A stretch of DNA of 64,000 bases, from the NCBI GenBank assembly GCA_965227295.1, contig OZ245742.1, positions 5,696,001 through 5,760,000 of the forward strand, written 5' to 3'. Of this stretch, positions 58,888-64,000 are shown in pieces (position 1 is the stretch's first letter; every line of letters begins with the position of its first letter). Below the pieces are notes generated by a model. The model had not been told where the DNA came from. It searched no databases and saw nothing but the letters and a program-made list of their open reading frames with translations. Position numbers and translations under genes: made by a program. This DNA comes from Leptonemataceae bacterium. GTDB taxonomy: Bacteria > Spirochaetota > Leptospiria > Leptospirales > Leptonemataceae.

Positions 58888-59979
58888 CTACTCAATGCTC
58901 AGCATCTCACCGGGGCGCGGTTGTTTGTACTCCACTCCGCCCCGCGCGGTGGCCTCTTTCAACAAGCGCATGGGTTCGTCCCAGGCGTGAAAGGCAAGAT
59001 CAAACGTTCCGTAATGTACGGGCAGCATAAGTTTACCGCGCACGTCCTTATGTGCGCGCACGCCTTCCTCGGGCGTCATGTGAATGTTCGGCCACAGCTC
59101 GCCGTATGCGCCGATCTGCATCAACGTGGCGTCGAAGGGACCGAGGCGCTCGCCGATCTCTGCAAAGCCGGGATGATAGCCGGTGTCGCCGCTGTAGTAA
59201 ATACGTTTACCGCCCGCTTTCGTATCGAGAATCGCCCAGGACGCCCATAACGTCATGTTTTCGTCGGTTAAGCCCCGGCCGGAGAAATGCCGCGCGGGCG
59301 TACAGACGTAACGCACCCCATCGATGGTACGTTCCTCCCACCAGTCCATTTCAATGATCTTTTCCGCCGGCACCCCCCAGCCTTCCAGGTGCGCACCGAC
59401 CCCCAGCGGCACGAGAAAGACCTGCGTCTTTTCCGTAAGCCGGATGATGCTGTCCATATCGAGATGATCATAGTGATCGTGGGAGATTACCACGACGTCC
59501 ACGTCGGGCAGGTCCTGGACTTCGATGGGCGTCTTGTGAAAACGCTTCGGCCCGATCCATGAAAACGGCGAAACCCGCAGGCTGAACACGGGATCGATCA
59601 ACACCACGCGACCGGCGATTTCCAGCACCGCCGTGGAGTGGCCGAGCCAGGTCAACCGCGCCACGGCATCCGAACGCCCGGCCCCGAAGTCTCCACCGCT
59701 GCGCTCTTCAACCACCGGGCGTTCGTACTCCGCGGGCTGGCGACGCGTATGTCCTCCGAAGAAAAATTCCCACGCGAGACTCCACTGACTCCGATCCTCC
59801 ACCAACAGCGGCGTTTCGATCTCATTCACGAAGATGCCCGAACCGGTGTCGTAGTTCGGTGAGGCCTGCATGCGCGCCAGGCGCTCCCCATCCGCCGAAG
59901 AACCGAACGAAGAGCAATGCAGCAGGCATACGAAAATCGCGCAGAGGAGCGGGGCGAGACGAAGCAGCGGAGGATTCAT
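58888..59979 (-). CDS. MBL-fold metallo-hydrolase (NAPE-PLD/RomA-like)
   Basis: WLGHS, ISHDHYDHLD, PARHFSGRG, GDTGY, PVHYGTF. Confidence 0.9.
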   Translation of the reverse strand: MNPPLLRLAPLLCAIFVCLLHCSSFGSSADGERLARMQASPNYDTGSGIFVNEIETPLLVEDRSQWSLAWEFFFGGHTRRQPAEYERPVVEERSGGDFGAGRSDAVARLTWLGHSTAVLEIAGRVVLIDPVFSLRVSPFSWIGPKRFHKTPIEVQDLPDVDVVVISHDHYDHLDMDSIIRLTEKTQVFLVPLGVGAHLEGWGVPAEKIIEMDWWEERTIDGVRYVCTPARHFSGRGLTDENMTLWASWAILDTKAGGKRIYYSGDTGYHPGFAEIGERLGPFDATLMQIGAYGELWPNIHMTPEEGVRAHKDVRGKLMLPVHYGTFDLAFHAWDEPMRLLKEATARGGVEYKQPRPGEMLSIE

Positions 59980-60157
59980 ACGACGAAAGTTGGACCACCG
60001 GTCCGAAAGTCAAGCCGACGCCCATCTTCCGAGAAAAAGACGGCAACCGGCAGGTTTGTTCAAAGAATACGGCAATTTTCCGAAAACGCCGACACCTACG
60101 TTCAAGCGGCACACCTTGCGATGTGTTACTTTCCACGCATCACAGGAGGATATCATC

Positions 60158-60688
60158 ATGCAACACACCATCGTCGAACGAATGGGGGCCTACTCGGCCT
60201 ATCACCAGGACGCCCGCTGCCAGGCCACGCACCTCTTCGGCGTACCCATGGTCTTTTATGCCCCGCTGATCCCGCTCGCCTGGCTCAGCGCGGACCTCGG
60301 CGGCTTTACCGTAACTCTCGGCGCCGTAATCTTAGCGGCGATTCTGATCTGGTACTTCACCCTCGACGCGATCTTCGCGACGATCATGACCCTGGTATCC
60401 ATACCCGCCGCCTACGCCGCGCACCTGGCGGCCGCCCTGCCCTGGCAGCAAGGGCTCGCCATTTTTCTCGCGATCAAGCTCGGCGGCTGGGCCATTCAAC
60501 TGGTCGGCCACGCCTACGAGGGACGGCGCCCGGCCCTGGCCGACAATCTCACGCAATCGCTCATGGGCCCGCTCTTCGTCGTGGCGGAAATCACCTTCGC
60601 CCTGGGCTTCCGGAAAAAACTCAAGGCCGCCGTGGAAGAGCGCGTGGAACAGCACGTCTTCCCGGAACAACAAGCCGCACAAGCTTAA
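60158..60688 (+). CDS. DUF962/Mpo1-like membrane protein
   Basis: AGGAGG RBS; Y...H......H.FGVP, GW.IQLVGH.YEGRRPAL.DN. Confidence 0.85.
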   Translation: MQHTIVERMGAYSAYHQDARCQATHLFGVPMVFYAPLIPLAWLSADLGGFTVTLGAVILAAILIWYFTLDAIFATIMTLVSIPAAYAAHLAAALPWQQGLAIFLAIKLGGWAIQLVGHAYEGRRPALADNLTQSLMGPLFVVAEITFALGFRKKLKAAVEERVEQHVFPEQQAAQA

Positions 60689-61160
60689 TCTGCGCGAGAC
60701 TTAAGAATCGCAAAGGCGTCGATGATCGCATCCCGGAACGCGCCGGAGTGGAGCAGCACCGCTCTGACGTGTCCGGCATCGACCCAGCGCAGTTGCGACC
60801 CCGGCCAGTGTTCGTGGAGGCCCTCGGCCGTATCCGGCGGGACGTACTCGTCGTGACGGCCGGCCGGCGCCTTCGTCCGGCGCAAATCCGGAACGTCCAG
60901 CAAATCGCTCACGAACTCCCGCGCATCCACGTCCGCCCGCAAAGTACCGCGCACGTCCGCTTCCAACGCCTGCCAGTCCAGCCCCGAACTCAAAACGCCG
61001 CGCAGGTACGCCGGGGCCGGTCCGTAGGGCGCCAGACACGGAACGATGGCCAGAGGTTCGTCCACCCGCGGACCGACGGAGGCGGCCATACTGCCGCCCA
61101 TGCTCACACCAGTAACTCCCAGGTGTTGAATGTTAGCGTGGCGAAGCCAGGCGAGGGGTG
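60685..61160 (-). pseudogene. 3' fragment of an alpha/beta hydrolase (ABHD18/DUF2048-like)
   Basis: LAWLRHANIQHLGVTGVSMGG nucleophile elbow, DEYVP, GHV; in-frame stop just upstream and no N-terminus. Confidence 0.7.
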
Positions 61161-61470
61161 CTCAGCAAGGTCGCCCGGCGCGCCGGGATCAGCACCACGG
61201 CCATCTATCGTCACTACGAATCCAAAGAGGCTCTGCTGGCCGCCGTGGGGGAACAGGGATTTCGCATGCTGGGCGGAAGTGCGGCGGCATTGCGGACCGC
61301 AGGGCCTATCCGGACTTTGAGACCGCCGGGCGTGAGAGCTTCGCCCGCCTCATAGAAACCGTGAAACTCTTGCAGAATGACGGCTACTTTCGCCGGGGAC
61401 GCCCGCTGCTGACAGCCTTCGCCGTGTGGAGCGCTCTGCACGGCCTGGTCAACCTGTATCGCGAAGATCT
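61161..61470 (+). pseudogene. fragmented TetR-family regulator (WHG-type)
   Basis: LSKVARRAGISTTAIYRHYESKEALL in one frame and WSALHG in another; N-terminus missing. Confidence 0.72.
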
Positions 61471-63777
61471 CGGCCCGGAATCGGATCAGGGAGACGAACC
61501 GGAACGCATCGCCGTGAGTGACCCGTACTCCGGCCTGCCGATTCTGCCGCTGCCGTCCGCCACGGAGTTGCCTCAGCCCGAGGGTAGCGCCGCCGATTAC
61601 ACCATGACCATCAACGACGTGCGCGGCCGTAAGCCGTCCGCGTTCAAAAGCTGGAATTCACGGCCAACGCGCGATCTTACAGCGTGCCGGTGGACACGCG
61701 AGATCTGCTGAAGATCGATCGCAGCATCGAAATGCGCAGCACCGCCACGTCGCTGTCGGCCGGCGAGGCCCCCGCCGACAGCGACGGTGACGGCATTCCG
61801 GATTCCGTGGACGACTTCCCGAACGATCCACGACGCGCCACTACGAAGGCGGCAACGGCCCGTCGGCCGGAGACCTCCTGGAAACGGTAACGGATCGCGT
61901 CGATGCCTTCACGGACGTGGCGCTTACCGCGCGCAGCGATCGTACCATCACCTCGCAGAACGCCCGGCCGGGGCGGGCACTACGTTCCCATCGGCTCCAT
62001 CTACGACATCAGTCCGAACGGCGGCGGCTCGATCACCTTTGCCGGCGAGCCCGCGCGCATCGAGTACTCTTACAACGAAGCCAGCCTGCGCGACGCGGGT
62101 TACTTTAGAAGAATTCGCCGCCTACTACTACGACGCACTGAGCGATTCCTGGAAGCCGGTGGATCGCGTCGTCGCCGATCCCGAAAACGATCGGGTCGTC
62201 GTGTATACTTCGCATCTGACGCCGTTTGTGTTGGCCGCCCTGCCCGCGAACATCGGCGGCAACACCGCCGCGGGTCCCGGCTGTCTCGCGGCGGCGGGTT
62301 TTACGGATACCGGCTACGTCGTGGAAACGACGGACGCCGTTCAATTTGTGGGTCGCCGTCTCCGGCGACGGACTACGCCGGCATGGTCATCCGCCGTTCG
62401 ACGACAACCTATCCCCTGGACATCAACGAGGGCGAAGCGGTGAACGGTACGCAGTTGCATGCCCAGGCCTTCCGCGACGAAGGCCTTACGGTGGATACGC
62501 AATACTTCTACACGTTATTCGCTCTCGATGTAAACAACAACTATCTGAAACCGGGGGGCTACGTCTCCATTCGCACGCGCGCGGACAGCGACGGCGACGG
62601 GTTGAACGATAACTACGAGAACTCTTACAACTATGCGTTGATCTTCCCGGGCAGTCCGCTGCCGAACCAGAGCTGCGCGGCGGCTCCGTGTCCGGGCGGC
62701 GTCGATCCCACGGACACCGACGGTGACGGCATCGGTGACGGCATCGGTGACGGCATCGGCGACGGCCTCGAGGTCGCCGCGGGCACCGATCCCACGAACC
62801 CGGAGACCAACGCTCCGGTGATTACGGACTTCAGCCGCACTTCGCCGGCCCAGGGAGTGAGCGCAACGGTGAACTTCACACTGAGCGCGAATGATGACTC
62901 GGCCGTAACCGGATATCAGTTTACATTAACAGACGATGCGCCGCTCGCGACACACTCCGTGTGGACCGGCACTCTGCCGACGAGTTTCGCGGTGCCCTCG
63001 GATCCGGGTGTCTATCAGATCTACGCGTGGGTCCGCGACGTCGCGGAACGGCCGATCTTACCGTCGAAGCCGGCTTTGGTACCGGCACGGACCCGACCAC
63101 GTACACCTACGTGCCCATCGCCCACGATCCCGGCGGTCAGGTTTCTTTCTTTAATAACTTCCCGTATGCCGGCAACCTCTACGCCGTGGAACCGCCGGAG
63201 GGCACGTATCGTTTCGTCACCCGTGTCCGTCGCACGGACGAACCCTACGCCTGGACCTACTGCGATAACAACTTCGAACGCGGCCCGGTCATTCCGGAGG
63301 ACATCGGCACGCTGGAAGTGCGCAGCCTGCCCACGGCCTCCGGGATTTTTGCCGTATCTCAAGAAGAGAACAACGGCATCGAAGTCTACTGGAACCCGGC
63401 CGTCGGCGCGGACGGATATACCATCTACTACGACACGACACCGGGGCTGAGCACGTCTTCGCCGTCGGTCTCCATCGCGAGCGGAACCGCAAGCGTCATC
63501 ACCGGGCTCACTCCTGGCACGACTTACTATGTCGCCGTGGCCGCCACCTTCGGCGGGCTGCCGGGACCGCTCTCCGCGGAAACCAGTGCCGTGGCCGGAA
63601 AAAACCTGGTGCACTAAGGAAGGCACCGCCTATGCAACACCGCCGGCGCCGGGAACCTACACTGTCCTCACCCGCGCGCGCCGGGCGGACCAGCCGGGCG
63701 CCTGGAGATACTGCGATGCAAACGTGGCGCTGCCGTTCGACTACGCCGACATCACGATCATGACGGTGGCGCCGTAG
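61470..63777 (+). pseudogene. frameshifted fragments of large surface protein gene(s)
   Basis: DSDGDG Ca-binding motifs and ZU5-like, Ig-like and FN3-like pieces spread over several frames. Confidence 0.6.
62722..62769 (+). repeat. 12-bp tandem repeat (GGTGACGGCATC x3 plus one variant)
   Basis: Directly visible; encodes GDGI x3 and GDGL. Confidence 0.85.
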
Positions 63778-63805
63778 CTTGCGGACGGAGCGGCAGCGGA
63801 TCCTC

Positions 63806-64000
63806 CTAACAATTCCCTAACAAAGTAGTCCTTTCAGGCAGGGCATCTAGACCGCGGGTCGTATTGTAAACTTTTGCCAATCGGGTAGATTTCAGGACAA
63901 TGGATCTTCCCGGATCATCTTTGTTTCTGAAGACGTTTCGCTTCACCATTCGAGTGAAGTTACTGCTTGTGACGAGCGTGATCGTGACCACGGCTCTCGT
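63806..64000 (-). CDS. possible 3' end of an unknown gene
   Basis: Frame is open to the window edge; no motif. Confidence 0.3.
   Translation of the reverse strand, partial: TRAVVTITLVTSSNFTRMVKRNVFRNKDDPGRSIVLKSTRLAKVYNTTRGLDALPERTTLLGNC

Noticed and set aside
59917..61320. 467-aa plus-strand ORF
   Set aside because: Arg/Pro-rich off-frame overlap of the DUF962 gene and hydrolase fragment
62722..62769. CRISPR-like array
   Set aside because: In-frame 12-bp tandem repeat without spacers; no cas genes

Overview
High-GC bacterial chromosomal window. Several proteins look Leptospirales-like to me, but that is unverified. The main feature is a ~20.3 kb minus-strand contractile injection system (eCIS, Afp/PVC-like) operon at 10418-30709. 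It encodes a sheath, tube, gp26-like protein, disordered protein, DUF4255 cap, AAA+ ATPase, DUF4157 protein, tube initiator, LysM protein, hub, spike, PAAR-like tip, gp25, two baseplate-J proteins and a gpI/gp7-like protein, and is closed by an intrinsic terminator. I can recognise no tail fibre, tape measure, effector or lysis gene in it. One baseplate protein carries a 7-blade WD40 propeller insertion, and the spike and tip are strongly Lys-rich. Other content: partial ackA; an intact IS5-family element (18-bp IRs, CTAA target duplication); an SGNH-hydrolase/lipoprotein islet; ArsR with a truncated SRPBCC gene; an apparently circularly permuted ACP; a hybrid histidine kinase; a GNAT/nitrilase pair; an acyl-CoA dehydrogenase; an alpha-2-macroglobulin-pbpC operon; unusual XRE-cNMP and membrane-LuxR regulators; two flavin amine oxidases with FNR-type boxes flanking a Crp/Fnr gene; and a ~3 kb mosaic of gene fragments near the right end. 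No rRNA, tRNA or CRISPR array was seen. All family calls come from motif recognition by eye, not database searches.
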